64,000 nt of DNA from a virus (Duplodnaviria > Heunggongvirae > Uroviricota > Caudoviricetes), in the IMG/VR virus record IMGVR_UViG_2744054962_000001. One strand, given 5' to 3'. Below are positions 40,015-49,379 of this stretch, piece by piece (within the stretch, counting starts at the first letter, position 1; each line of letters begins with the position of its first letter). The notes beneath the pieces were generated by a model that searched no databases, was not told where the DNA came from, and worked only from the letters and a program-made list of their open reading frames with translations. A program made the translations under genes and the position numbers.

Positions 40015-40343
40015 AGATATTACCTTCTTAATTTTGTGAGCCACATAGTGCGGCGAGAATTTGATCTGTATAGATTGGGACTTACTTAGGCACTTAAGGA
40101 GGAGGCTCACGAAGAAGGGAAATCAGAAGATAACACTGAACTGAGACTGCTTTACTAAAACTGCTTACATAAGGTCTGTCTTGCAAACCAACGATGCTAT
40201 TAACGCATACCCCTTCTTTTCATGCAACCTTTATTTTTCAAAGATAACTAATTTTTGTCACCATTGGTTTAGTAAACGTTAACGAACCAGACGATGCCAG
40301 ACACCTTTACAGAGAACAGATGCCCGCCAATTGGCGGGCATCA

Positions 40344-40943
40344 TTATGCGCATTTCGCAATATCTTTGCGGCGTTTAATCAGTTTCTCCGCAATTTGCTC
40401 TATTTCGTTGAAATCTTTCGAGACGCTGTTTCGAAGCGCCAGATTCCATTTACTCAAAGTTCGGGCATTTTGGACAATTTGATCGCCCTCTTTAAGTCGT
40501 CCGTTATTCATGAGCCATTCAGCCACATCAGCCCAATCCCAGAGAGGAGACTGGCCTTTTATGCGTTGTACAGGGCTAGGGAAGTCGCCGCTTCCGCGCT
40601 TACCGTCTTTGAGCAACGCCACTGCCTGGCGAGACAGGTCTGTCAGTTCCGCGATATCGCTTAAGCCCACAAGAGCCGAGTCGACGGATTCAACAATTGC
40701 ACCGATACCGGCTGATTCAATATTGTCGACCGCAGATGCGATAGCTGCATCAAGTGATTGTGCTTCGCGGTCAAATTCTACATAGACGGAGTTTCCATAT
40801 GCGCAAATTAGCGCATCGTCACAGCCGTTTTGGTACAGCGCGTCTTCCAGTCCTTCCGTCTCATACGATACGCCTGAGAGCGTCAGAGTGAAGTTATAAA
40901 GCGCCATAGTTTTCCTTTGAAGATAGTTGGACAGTTTCTGCAA
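40344..40943 (-). CDS. HTH-containing protein, second gene of reverse-strand two-gene operon (candidate antitoxin/regulator)
   Basis: probable start at MALYNF (about 40907) preceded by AAAGGAAAAC; predicted HTH around GLSDIAELTDLSRQAVALL. Confidence 0.4.
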   Translation of the reverse strand: MQKLSNYLQRKTMALYNFTLTLSGVSYETEGLEDALYQNGCDDALICAYGNSVYVEFDREAQSLDAAIASAVDNIESAGIGAIVESVDSALVGLSDIAELTDLSRQAVALLKDGKRGSGDFPSPVQRIKGQSPLWDWADVAEWLMNNGRLKEGDQIVQNARTLSKWNLALRNSVSKDFNEIEQIAEKLIKRRKDIAKCA

Positions 40944-40967
40944 AAGGCGGCTAATGCCGCCTTGAAA

Positions 40968-41192
40968 TCATTTACAACGATCAACCATTCGTTTGATCTG
41001 TTTGGCATGGTTTTCGGGATTACCCGGAGTCGACCATACGCTCATTTGGTGAGTTTTGTGTTCACCTTCTGGATTACCGCATCGCAGTCTGCAAAAACAA
41101 TGTGCAGCACCACCAGCAGCTACCCAGATCCAGCCTTTACTTAATGCATAGTCAATGGCTGCTTGAATATGCTTATTCGGATGTTGCTTCAT
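40968..41192 (-). CDS. small Cys/His-rich protein, first gene of reverse-strand operon (weakly HicA-like)
   Basis: 74 aa; GW...GAAHCF...STPGNPEN...IKRMV spacing loosely resembles HicA/YcfA pattern; not verified. Confidence 0.3.
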   Translation of the reverse strand: MKQHPNKHIQAAIDYALSKGWIWVAAGGAAHCFCRLRCGNPEGEHKTHQMSVWSTPGNPENHAKQIKRMVDRCK

Positions 41193-41223
41193 TCGCCTCC
41201 GATAATAGTATTCTATTCACAGT

Positions 41224-41239
41224 GTTGACATCTGTCAAC
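41224..41239. promoter_or_regulatory. perfect palindromic operator GTTGACAtcTGTCAAC upstream of reverse-strand operon
   Basis: 7-bp perfect inverted arms, each arm contains a TTGACA -35-like hexamer; located about 30 bp upstream of ORF 40968-41192. Confidence 0.5.
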
Positions 41240-41446
41240 GGCGACTGAATTTCATCCGTTCATGCCACACCCCCATCCATCTCATGTATGTGACCTAAAG
41301 ATGGTCAGCACAGCTTACCAAAATAAGACAACTAATTATCTTCGGTGATCTCAATATCTTCCCCTGAACAAAGTTGACATGACGCCATAAACCCGTTCTC
41401 TGTTTGATATAATTGATACAGATTTTATAAGTAGGAACCTATTAGA

Positions 41447-41878
41447 GTGAACACTGATATTTTTTCTAAAATCATGGCCGATCTGGAGTTCGACCGCGAC
41501 AACCTTGAGGAAGTATGGCGTAAACAGCCACGGCTTTTAATGGAGTATGGGTCAAAACTAGCGCAGGCAGATCGAGATGTCGCAGAGGCAAAACTTAACC
41601 TTGAAGCTGTTGAAGCAAAGCTATACGACACAGAGCGTAAGAACTTGAGTATGAACGGCATTAAGTTCAACGAGTCTGTACTGGACGCTAAGGTTAAAAC
41701 AAACCCACAGTATCTGTCTAAACGGCAGAAGTTGGATGAAGCACGGCACATCGCAGACATATACAAACATGCTGTCGCCGCCTTTTCGCATCGCCGAGAC
41801 ATGATCGTTCAGGCGTCGAAGATGGCTATCGTTGAATTAGAGCGATTAGGCTCTGAACGCTTTATTACTCCCCGTTGA
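41447..41878 (+). CDS. hypothetical coiled-coil protein
   Basis: 143 aa, no recognisable motif. Confidence 0.3.
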   Translation: MNTDIFSKIMADLEFDRDNLEEVWRKQPRLLMEYGSKLAQADRDVAEAKLNLEAVEAKLYDTERKNLSMNGIKFNESVLDAKVKTNPQYLSKRQKLDEARHIADIYKHAVAAFSHRRDMIVQASKMAIVELERLGSERFITPR

Positions 41879-41995
41879 TTTTTGATAGATAATAAGTAAG
41901 TACTGATCTATCATTTAACAGCTCGAAAGAGCCACGAATGAACGAAAGCCCAACGCGCATAGCGCCATCGGCCAAATCACAACAAGGAGAAACAC

Positions 41996-43024
41996 ATGTC
42001 TAAGACATTACTTGATTTGCTTAACAAAACTCGTGAAGACATTGCCGCCAAACGTGGTAACAACGTTGATCTGACTCGCTTAAAAGACGGCGTCAACTAT
42101 ATCCGCATCTTCCCGAATAAAGACGACCCAAACGGTAAGTTCTTCCAGACTTTCGGTATGCACTACGTTAAGTATCAGAACGAGGAAGGTAAAGAAGCAA
42201 CCAACGCTTATATTTGTGAGCAACATACTCACGGTCGCGCTTGTCAGCTATGCGAAATGGTGATGGAAGGTCGCGCTCGTCACAAGGGTAACAAAGCAAT
42301 GGAAGAACGCATCGGTCAAATGCGTGCCACTCCTCGCTACCTGGTCAACGGCATTCTTTCTGCTCGTGAGGATTTCGCAGATGCTGAGAAATGCCAGTTA
42401 ATCGAGCTGCCGTCTACTGTATTCGATGATATCTGCAAAGCAATCACCGAAGACATCGCTGATGATATCGGCAATCCACTGAGCAAAGAGGAAGGCTACG
42501 CATTCCTGATTAAACGTACTGGCTCTGGTCGCGATACCAAATATGACGTCTCGCCTAAGCGTAAAGTCTACAAAGGCGATATCGAAGATAAATTCTGGAA
42601 CACCCAGCATGATCTGATCGCATACGCAAATCAGGCTGATGAAACTCGTCTTCTGTCGACAGTTCGCACTATGGGTCGTCTGATTGGCATCGCTGCACCA
42701 ACTGCCGCAGCATCTGCACCAGCAATTTCCTCAACCGCGAAAACATCGGCTGCGGCACTACCTGGATTTGGCTCTGTCACTGGTCATACAGAAGGAGCGA
42801 CGGCTGTAGCAACCGCGCACACACCGGCTTCTGAACCAACCAGTCTGGTTGATGAAGAAATCCTCCGTGCCGTTGAAACTGAATTTAAACCAGAGGCAAG
42901 TTCCGCTGCCGTTGCCGTATCAGTCAAAGAGTCTGAAGCAGTCGCAGCGACATCTGTAGCAACCGCATCTGCGACGGAAGATGAAGGTCTGGATGACCTA
43001 CTGAGAGAGCTGGACTCTCTGTAA
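41996..43024 (+). CDS. ssDNA-binding protein (T4 gp32-like)
   Basis: NYIRIFPNKDDPNGKFFQTFGMHYV and CEQHTHGRACQLC resemble gp32 core and zinc-site pattern; acidic Ala/Ser-rich C-terminal tail. Confidence 0.5.
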   Translation: MSKTLLDLLNKTREDIAAKRGNNVDLTRLKDGVNYIRIFPNKDDPNGKFFQTFGMHYVKYQNEEGKEATNAYICEQHTHGRACQLCEMVMEGRARHKGNKAMEERIGQMRATPRYLVNGILSAREDFADAEKCQLIELPSTVFDDICKAITEDIADDIGNPLSKEEGYAFLIKRTGSGRDTKYDVSPKRKVYKGDIEDKFWNTQHDLIAYANQADETRLLSTVRTMGRLIGIAAPTAAASAPAISSTAKTSAAALPGFGSVTGHTEGATAVATAHTPASEPTSLVDEEILRAVETEFKPEASSAAVAVSVKESEAVAATSVATASATEDEGLDDLLRELDSL

Positions 43025-43033
43025 TCCCATTAC

Positions 43034-44029
43034 GTGACCAGTAAGGCGTCTACGGACGCCTTACTTTTTGGAAGGAATGTACCGGTGAATTATCTCTTCG
43101 TAGATGGCAATAGCCTGGGTTATTACCACCAACAATCTGACAAATTGCACAACGGCGAAATGGAAGTACAGGCTGCTTTCGGCTTTGTTAAGAACGTCCG
43201 TCGTTATGCCTCCATCCTCCATGCCCGACCTATGATTCTTTGGGATGGATTTAGTGACAAGCGTCGCGACTTTTACCCGGACTACAAAGCAAATCGCGAC
43301 GACGATCCTGATATGAAAAAGATGAAGGAAGGCTTTGCTATCCAGAAGCCATACATCCTCAAAATGATGACCGCGCTTGGAGTTACCCAACTCATTGCAA
43401 AAGATGCAGAAGCGGATGATCTGGCCGGGCTGCTGGTATCCCGCATGGCACCGCAGCCAACCGTTGAACACATCTATCTGTTAACAGGCGATAGCGACTG
43501 GCTTCAGTTAGTTCGTGAAAACGTAAGCTGGGTAAGCCTGCGTGAAGACGCCAAAAACAAGCAGGTTAATTTTGAGCAATTTGCGGAGCTGACAGGATTC
43601 GCCACGCCTCGCGCATTTTTGGAAGCAAAAGCATTACAAGGCGATAACTCGGACAACATTAGCGGTGTTGGTGGCATTGGTGCTGGCGGTGCGAAAGAGC
43701 TGCTGCATGAATGGGGAAGTGTCGCAACGATGGTACGCGGCATCAACGACGGCTCAATCGTGGTTAATAAAGGGCGTCATAAGACCGCCTTCAACAAACT
43801 AGCGAAGAATGCCTTCAACGAGAAAACAGGCTGTCGAATGCTCGAAGCGTTCAAGAGAAACATCACGCTAATGAACCTGATTGAGACGAAGTTTCCGCCT
43901 ACCGAAATCGAAACAATCAAAGGCAATCGTGACGTGAAAGCATTCGAGCAACTGTGCTACGAGCTGAATTTCCGTTCGTTCCTTGAAGACCTTGAAGTGT
44001 TTGTTCTTCCATTCGAAAGGTATTGCTAA
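43034..44029 (+). CDS. 5'-3' exonuclease / flap endonuclease (PIN-like)
   Basis: YLFVDGNSLGYY, AKDAEADDLAG, helix-hairpin-helix region; track ATG at 43034 lies inside the upstream terminator, true start likely GTG near 43085. Confidence 0.7.
   Translation: MTSKASTDALLFGRNVPVNYLFVDGNSLGYYHQQSDKLHNGEMEVQAAFGFVKNVRRYASILHARPMILWDGFSDKRRDFYPDYKANRDDDPDMKKMKEGFAIQKPYILKMMTALGVTQLIAKDAEADDLAGLLVSRMAPQPTVEHIYLLTGDSDWLQLVRENVSWVSLREDAKNKQVNFEQFAELTGFATPRAFLEAKALQGDNSDNISGVGGIGAGGAKELLHEWGSVATMVRGINDGSIVVNKGRHKTAFNKLAKNAFNEKTGCRMLEAFKRNITLMNLIETKFPPTEIETIKGNRDVKAFEQLCYELNFRSFLEDLEVFVLPFERYC
43041..43069 (+). terminator. rho-independent terminator (AGGCGTC hairpin family)
   Basis: GTAAGGCGTC-tacg-GACGCCTTAC then TTTTT. 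Confidence 0.7.
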
Positions 44030-44295
44030 TGCTTAAATCGATTATTAATGGCGCTACAACCACCCCTACCCAACTGGCAAAAGAGATTGTCTTTTATCAC
44101 GGTGAGTACGCTGTCATCGCACTGCCGTCAATTCTGGGCGCTGCCGGAATGAAAGCGACAGATCGCGAGTTTGGATTAGTCAGCGAGCAGGTCGTAAAAA
44201 TCCTCGCTCGTGTATCCAGACTCCTTAACCACGATGCGATTGTATTCGACGAATCCGCCGCTTTAAAACGAATCAACGAAACAAAAGGAGCCTGA
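44023..44295 (+). CDS. hypothetical protein
   Basis: 90 aa, coupled between exonuclease and recombinase genes. Confidence 0.3.
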   Translation: MLMLKSIINGATTTPTQLAKEIVFYHGEYAVIALPSILGAAGMKATDREFGLVSEQVVKILARVSRLLNHDAIVFDESAALKRINETKGA

Positions 44296-44297
44296 TC

Positions 44298-46637
44298 ATG
44301 GCAAAAGGAAAATCCGCACTGGCACTTGCTCTGAAAAAGAAAATCGGTAGCAACGACGAAATTCAGAAAGTAACTCATTGGATTGATACAGGCTTTCCAC
44401 CGTTAAACAAAGCTATTTCTGGTCGTTACGATGGCGGCTTCCCATGTGGTCGTATCGTCGAAGTATTCGGTCCTCCAAGCGCGGGGAAATGTGTTACCGC
44501 AGACACCATGCTGCTGACGGAGCGTGGAATGGTAACAGTGAAAGAGTTGTTTGAGATTGAAGGGTACAAAGCGACATGCACTACTCGCGATGTAGAGCAT
44601 AACGTTGGACTCATCAATGAAAATGGCGTGATAGAGAAGACCTCACACCTGACATGGAACAACCGTCGCAAATTCAAGCGTATTAAGCTGGCATCAGGCG
44701 GTTATATCGAGGCTACGTTCCGTCACCCAATCCGTGTGGTTGACGACTTAGGTAATGTCGTCTGGCGACATGCTGAAAAAATCAGTGTAGGCGACACGAT
44801 TCCTTCAATGGTTGGCACACATCAATTCGGCGATCAGCACCTGGATGCCAATATCGCAAAACTGATGGGCTATTTAATTGCTGACGGATACGTGGCCTCT
44901 GAAAATTCAGTGAATTTTTCTAACACAGATCCTTTCATCAAGGATGAGTACTACCGCCTCATTTCGCTGGTATCAGACAAGATGCCAGTTACGAGAAAAC
45001 ATAACGGCTCGGAAGACCATGTGCTGTTTAGCAAAGAGGTGCGTTCGCTGCTTTTTAAAGAATATGGTCTGGAGTATGAGAAAGCTGCTGGCAAGCAGGT
45101 TCCGTTGAGTGTGCGTCGCGCCAATAGCGAGGCTCAAATTGCATTCCTTCGCGGCTACTTTGAGCTGGAATGCCACGTCAATGATGGTCGCTGCATTGAG
45201 GTTGTGAGCGCGAGTGGGCTGCTGCTACAGCAAATTCGCCTCATGCTCCTGAATCTGGGGATTACGTCAACTATCTCTGAAAAACACGTCGCGGGTTATG
45301 AAAATACATATTACCGGCTGTCATTCAGTGGCTCTAATTACGACCTTTTTCTGTCAACGATTGGTTTCGAATCTCCGGCACGTTTATCAGTGGCAACCAA
45401 ACGGGACATTGGTTTTGACCGCACTTACTCAGGCTATGTTCCGCACATCAGCGGCTTAGTGAAATCACTCTACGAGTCGCTCACCAAGACCACCCGTGAA
45501 GACTACGCTCTGGTAGACCACGTTATTGGCCGCGGCGATCGTGTCGGAATAGACAAACTGCGAGAAATCTATGTCTCCTTCATTGGCAGAAAGAATCGTT
45601 TTAACGAGCATCTGTTTGCACAACTGGCAGCGGTAATTGGCTCTAACTTGTTCTACGACGAAGTCGTGGCTATTGAGGAAGGTGAAGCACCAACGTTCGA
45701 CGTAGCGATGCCGGAAACACACTCTTTCTGGTCTAACGGGATTATCAGCCACAACACATTCCTTGCAACAGCAGCGATGATCTCCGCTCAAAAACAAGAT
45801 GGTCTGGCGGTATTCCTCGATCATGAAAACAGTTTTGACGTTGGCCTGGCTGTAGCCAATGGCCTGAACGCAGATGAGGATGACGGTCAGTGGGTATACA
45901 AGCAGCCTGATACCTTCGAAGACTCTGTAGAGTTGATCGGCACAATACTTAAATTGGTACGTGATGAAGAGCTTATCCCCGAATCAGCACCTATCTGTAT
46001 CGTGGCTGACTCTCTTGCGTCTATGGTTCCGAACTCCAAAGCCGAGAAGTTCGAAAAGATGGCTGAAGGCACTGCCAAAGACAAAGATCAGCTAAACATG
46101 AACGACAATACGGCACTGGCTCGTGCGACGAGTGCGAACTTCCCTACTCTGGCTTTGTGGGCACGCAAATACAACGCCTGCATCATCTTCTTGAATCAGG
46201 TTCGCACAAAAATCGGTGTAATGTTTGGCGACCCTACTACGTCGCCAGGTGGAGATTCACCGAAGTTCTACGCATCTGTACGTATCCGTCTTGGTGCATC
46301 GGTGATGAAGGATGGTAAAGAGAAGATCGGTCAGGACGTAGGCGCAGAATGCATCAAAAACAAAGTTGCACCACCGTATGGCAAATGCACCTGGAAATTC
46401 TACTTCGATCCTACTCGTGGCCTCGACGTTATCGAGTCGCTCGTCGAGTACATGCTGGAAGAAGGATACCTGCCAAAGAACGCCAGCGGTCGAGTAGAAA
46501 TTGGTGACAAGAAATACACCAAATCACAGATCGTCGAGATGTATCGGGAGAAGCCACTGGCTGAAATCATTGCGGCTTTGCAGGCAATCGACGACCGAAG
46601 AGCAAAAGACAACCCCACCGAGTCAGTAGAAGAGTAA
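44298..46637 (+). CDS. RecA-family recombinase interrupted by an intein
   Basis: exteins join as GPPSAGK|TFLATAAM (P-loop) with RecA-like L2 region GGDSPKFYASVRIRLG; combined exteins about 357 aa. Confidence 0.8.
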   Translation: MAKGKSALALALKKKIGSNDEIQKVTHWIDTGFPPLNKAISGRYDGGFPCGRIVEVFGPPSAGKCVTADTMLLTERGMVTVKELFEIEGYKATCTTRDVEHNVGLINENGVIEKTSHLTWNNRRKFKRIKLASGGYIEATFRHPIRVVDDLGNVVWRHAEKISVGDTIPSMVGTHQFGDQHLDANIAKLMGYLIADGYVASENSVNFSNTDPFIKDEYYRLISLVSDKMPVTRKHNGSEDHVLFSKEVRSLLFKEYGLEYEKAAGKQVPLSVRRANSEAQIAFLRGYFELECHVNDGRCIEVVSASGLLLQQIRLMLLNLGITSTISEKHVAGYENTYYRLSFSGSNYDLFLSTIGFESPARLSVATKRDIGFDRTYSGYVPHISGLVKSLYESLTKTTREDYALVDHVIGRGDRVGIDKLREIYVSFIGRKNRFNEHLFAQLAAVIGSNLFYDEVVAIEEGEAPTFDVAMPETHSFWSNGIISHNTFLATAAMISAQKQDGLAVFLDHENSFDVGLAVANGLNADEDDGQWVYKQPDTFEDSVELIGTILKLVRDEELIPESAPICIVADSLASMVPNSKAEKFEKMAEGTAKDKDQLNMNDNTALARATSANFPTLALWARKYNACIIFLNQVRTKIGVMFGDPTTSPGGDSPKFYASVRIRLGASVMKDGKEKIGQDVGAECIKNKVAPPYGKCTWKFYFDPTRGLDVIESLVEYMLEEGYLPKNASGRVEIGDKKYTKSQIVEMYREKPLAEIIAALQAIDDRRAKDNPTESVEE
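44490..45755 (+). mobile_element. intein with LAGLIDADG-type homing endonuclease domain inside recA-like gene
   Basis: begins with Cys directly after SAGK, ends ...IISHN followed by Thr; internal LAGLIDADG-like motifs (LMGYLIADGYV, FLRGYFELECHV); 422 aa. Confidence 0.75.
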
Positions 46638-46642
46638 ACACA

Positions 46643-46666
46643 AGGCGTCCACAGGACGCCTTTTTT
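46643..46666 (+). terminator. rho-independent terminator (AGGCGTCC hairpin family)
   Basis: AGGCGTCC-aca-GGACGCCT then TTTTTT. Confidence 0.7.
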
Positions 46667-46729
46667 ATCTCTTGAAAATATATAAGTGCTTACTTATTAT
46701 TTTCACATAACAACCACATAGGAAAACAC

Positions 46730-46930
46730 ATGATCAAAATCTATCTATTGGCAGTAGCCACAGGCCTTTCAGTGGCTCTCATCTACGGTTTACTGGTTCC
46801 GTCGCTGATTTCTACCAAGAGTGATTTAGCCGTCATGTTTGGAGTTATCGTTGGTTTTGGTGCTCCTGTAATCGGTCTTATTGCTGGTCGTAAGTTTATC
46901 AACTCATTAATCAAAGCAAAGGGGAAATAA
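46730..46930 (+). CDS. small membrane protein (two TM), possible partner of SPFH protein
   Basis: 66 aa, two hydrophobic helices; immediately precedes band-7 lipoprotein gene. Confidence 0.3.
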   Translation: MIKIYLLAVATGLSVALIYGLLVPSLISTKSDLAVMFGVIVGFGAPVIGLIAGRKFINSLIKAKGK

Positions 46931-46933
46931 GTA

Positions 46934-47764
46934 ATGAAGAAAGGTTTACTTGCAGTTGCTCTGGCGGCTATTTGCACAATGGGTCTTACTGGCTGCGATC
47001 GCGTGGAGCCTGGATACGTTGGCATCAAAGTAAACAAATTAGGTGAAGACAAAGGGATTGGTGAAGTGGTTGGCGTTGGTCGCCAATGGACAGGTCTTAA
47101 CACCGAACTTTACGTATTCCCGACCTTCAAACAAATGAAGACCTACGACGAGCCGTTCACATTCCAGATGAGTGACGGTACTGCTATTGGTCACAAAATT
47201 GGCGTTGCGTATCTGGTTAATCGTGACAAGGTAACGACGGTGTTCCAGACCTATCGCAAAGGCGTAGACGATATCACCGAATCAGATCTGCGTCAGAAAA
47301 TTGCCGACTCTCTAAACCGTTTGGCCAGCCGTATGACCACTGACTCATTTATCGACGGTGGTAAGGCACAATTGCTGGACAACGCACTGAAAGATATTCA
47401 GAAAGAGATGTCTCCGGTTGGTATTGAGGTACTGAGCCTGTCATGGGTTGGAAAGCCTGATTACCCAAAAACTGTCATTGAATCTATTAACGCCAAAGTA
47501 ACGGCTAACCAGCGTACTCTGCAACGTCAGCAGGAAGTTGAACAACGTAAAGCTGAGGCGAATATGCTACGTGAACAGGCTAATGGTGAAGCTGATGCTA
47601 TCCGTGCTCGTGCGCAAGCAGAAGCAGACGCCATTCGTCTGCGCGGTGAAGCTCTGCGTCAAAACCCGAACGTTATGGAACTGGAAGCCATCAATAAATG
47701 GAATGGCCAGTTACCGCAGTACATGACTCAAGGGGCTAACACTCCTTTCATTACAGTGAAATAA
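46934..47764 (+). CDS. SPFH/band-7 (prohibitin-like) lipoprotein
   Basis: lipobox LTGC after signal peptide; SPFH-like core and C-terminal Ala/Glu/Arg coiled-coil. Confidence 0.55.
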   Translation: MKKGLLAVALAAICTMGLTGCDRVEPGYVGIKVNKLGEDKGIGEVVGVGRQWTGLNTELYVFPTFKQMKTYDEPFTFQMSDGTAIGHKIGVAYLVNRDKVTTVFQTYRKGVDDITESDLRQKIADSLNRLASRMTTDSFIDGGKAQLLDNALKDIQKEMSPVGIEVLSLSWVGKPDYPKTVIESINAKVTANQRTLQRQQEVEQRKAEANMLREQANGEADAIRARAQAEADAIRLRGEALRQNPNVMELEAINKWNGQLPQYMTQGANTPFITVK

Positions 47765-47780
47765 CTCCCCTAAAAAGTTC

Positions 47781-47805
47781 AGGCGTCCAGTTGGACGCCT
47801 TTTTT
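47781..47805 (+). terminator. rho-independent terminator (AGGCGTCC hairpin family)
   Basis: AGGCGTCCA-gt-TGGACGCCT then TTTTT. Confidence 0.7.
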
Positions 47806-47855
47806 ATCGCAATTATCTTATTAAGAAAACAATTTGTTTAAAAGGATAAGAAAAC

Positions 47856-48281
47856 ATGACAGCTATTAAGAAACTCTACGATGCCGCAAACGTGGCTCTG
47901 GATGTTATTGATGATGAAGTAGCAAAAGGCTTTCCTGAACCTGATTGGGCGCATCAGCTACGAAACGCTATCGCAGAAATGACCCCACCAGATCCAACCC
48001 CCGACGAGACAGACTGGCAGCGATTCATCCGTATGTACGCTCAGGAAATAGGTCCAACGCCAACGGCAGAGCAGGCAATGCTGCTGAAATACTTCAAAGA
48101 GGCGGGAGAGGATTTACCAATTGATGACTCAGCATATTGGTTCCACTGCGCATGGCGTAAGTATGACGTGATATTCACACAAGGCATGGGAAGCAAAGAT
48201 ATGGTTGTGTGGCATCTACTCCATATAGACACAGCCGTTGACAGAGTTATTGAACAGTTTTTCCCTAAACAAGAAGATTGA
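47856..48281 (+). CDS. hypothetical protein
   Basis: 141 aa, conserved AAAAGGATAAGAAAACATG-type start context. Confidence 0.3.
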   Translation: MTAIKKLYDAANVALDVIDDEVAKGFPEPDWAHQLRNAIAEMTPPDPTPDETDWQRFIRMYAQEIGPTPTAEQAMLLKYFKEAGEDLPIDDSAYWFHCAWRKYDVIFTQGMGSKDMVVWHLLHIDTAVDRVIEQFFPKQED

Positions 48282-48336
48282 TCGCCTATTCATAACTAAC
48301 AAAATAAGTAAACACTAACCACAAAAGGAAAAACAC

Positions 48337-48612
48337 ATGAGAGTTTTAGTTCGAATCGTTACCAGCACTGTCTATGACGTGTTTCCACTTTTTATGATCA
48401 AAGTCGATGGCCTTAACGACGAAGAAACTGACGCGCTGATCCAGCGTACTCTTGTTGAATATACAGGTCATGACGCTGATTCAGTGATGGTTGATGATGA
48501 TGGTGTTTGTTGGCATAACGGCAACTGTTGGTACGTAGAAGAGACTCAACAAATCAGTGATGAAGATGCCGAACATCTTGAGCGTATTTTAAGCATCAGC
48601 ACTTTTGAGTGA
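48337..48612 (+). CDS. hypothetical protein
   Basis: 91 aa, conserved AAAGGAAAAACACATG start context. Confidence 0.3.
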   Translation: MRVLVRIVTSTVYDVFPLFMIKVDGLNDEETDALIQRTLVEYTGHDADSVMVDDDGVCWHNGNCWYVEETQQISDEDAEHLERILSISTFE

Positions 48613-48827
48613 GTTTACAGTAAAATTTATATAAGTTGGTATCTACCTATCATGAAGATTTTTATTGAATACTTGTTACTCATCGTTTCAATAGCTTTTG
48701 TCATCGACTGCATTTTCACTGGTGTCATTCGTAAAGTCTTTTCCCCGGTGCACGACGTAGTCATAAACGCTTTGGCTATCGTGCTCGTATTTAATTCAGC
48801 ATTTGATGTAATCAAAGAGGTGGCAGC

Positions 48828-49163
48828 ATGAAGGCCATCCCATTCGCGCTGTTGTTCCTTTCTTCGATCGTTGTGGCCGACACCACTGTTTATCAGTGTG
48901 AAATGTCTGTAGCCGACGTTAAGAATGGCGCTCTTACCGACGTCATAAAAGCACCATATGGAGCGATGGTCGTAGACAGCGGCGACCAGTTCTATGTTGT
49001 GCGTGACGATCGAGTGTTGTCATCCCCATATCTCACAAATCGTAATGGCAAATTAACCGGCGTCGGAGAAGACCACTTCGTATACAACAAATACAAGGGC
49101 TTCTATGGCGTTCACGCTTCTCAGCAAAGCTACCTTTTCGATGACTGCAAGGAGGTTGGATAA
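48828..49163 (+). CDS. hypothetical secreted protein
   Basis: 111 aa with N-terminal signal peptide MKAIPFALLFLSSIVVA. Confidence 0.3.
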   Translation: MKAIPFALLFLSSIVVADTTVYQCEMSVADVKNGALTDVIKAPYGAMVVDSGDQFYVVRDDRVLSSPYLTNRNGKLTGVGEDHFVYNKYKGFYGVHASQQSYLFDDCKEVG

Positions 49164-49375
49164 TGGCATTAACACTGGCAGGTCTGGAAATCGAGAAAAC
49201 AAGCGGCTACTGGCGTGCTAAGGGTTTCAAGCAGCCTGGCATTCTTGAGCGTCTGGAACGTGAAGATGGGTATATCGTCCACCAGCGGCGTGAATGGCGT
49301 ATGTACAATCCAGAAACAGGAAAACTGACTACAAAAGCCGGAACACTTTGGGGCCTGTTGAAGAAAATACACTAA
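49163..49375 (+). CDS. hypothetical protein
   Basis: 70 aa coupled ORF. Confidence 0.25.
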   Translation: MALTLAGLEIEKTSGYWRAKGFKQPGILERLEREDGYIVHQRREWRMYNPETGKLTTKAGTLWGLLKKIH

Positions 49376-49379
49376 TAGC

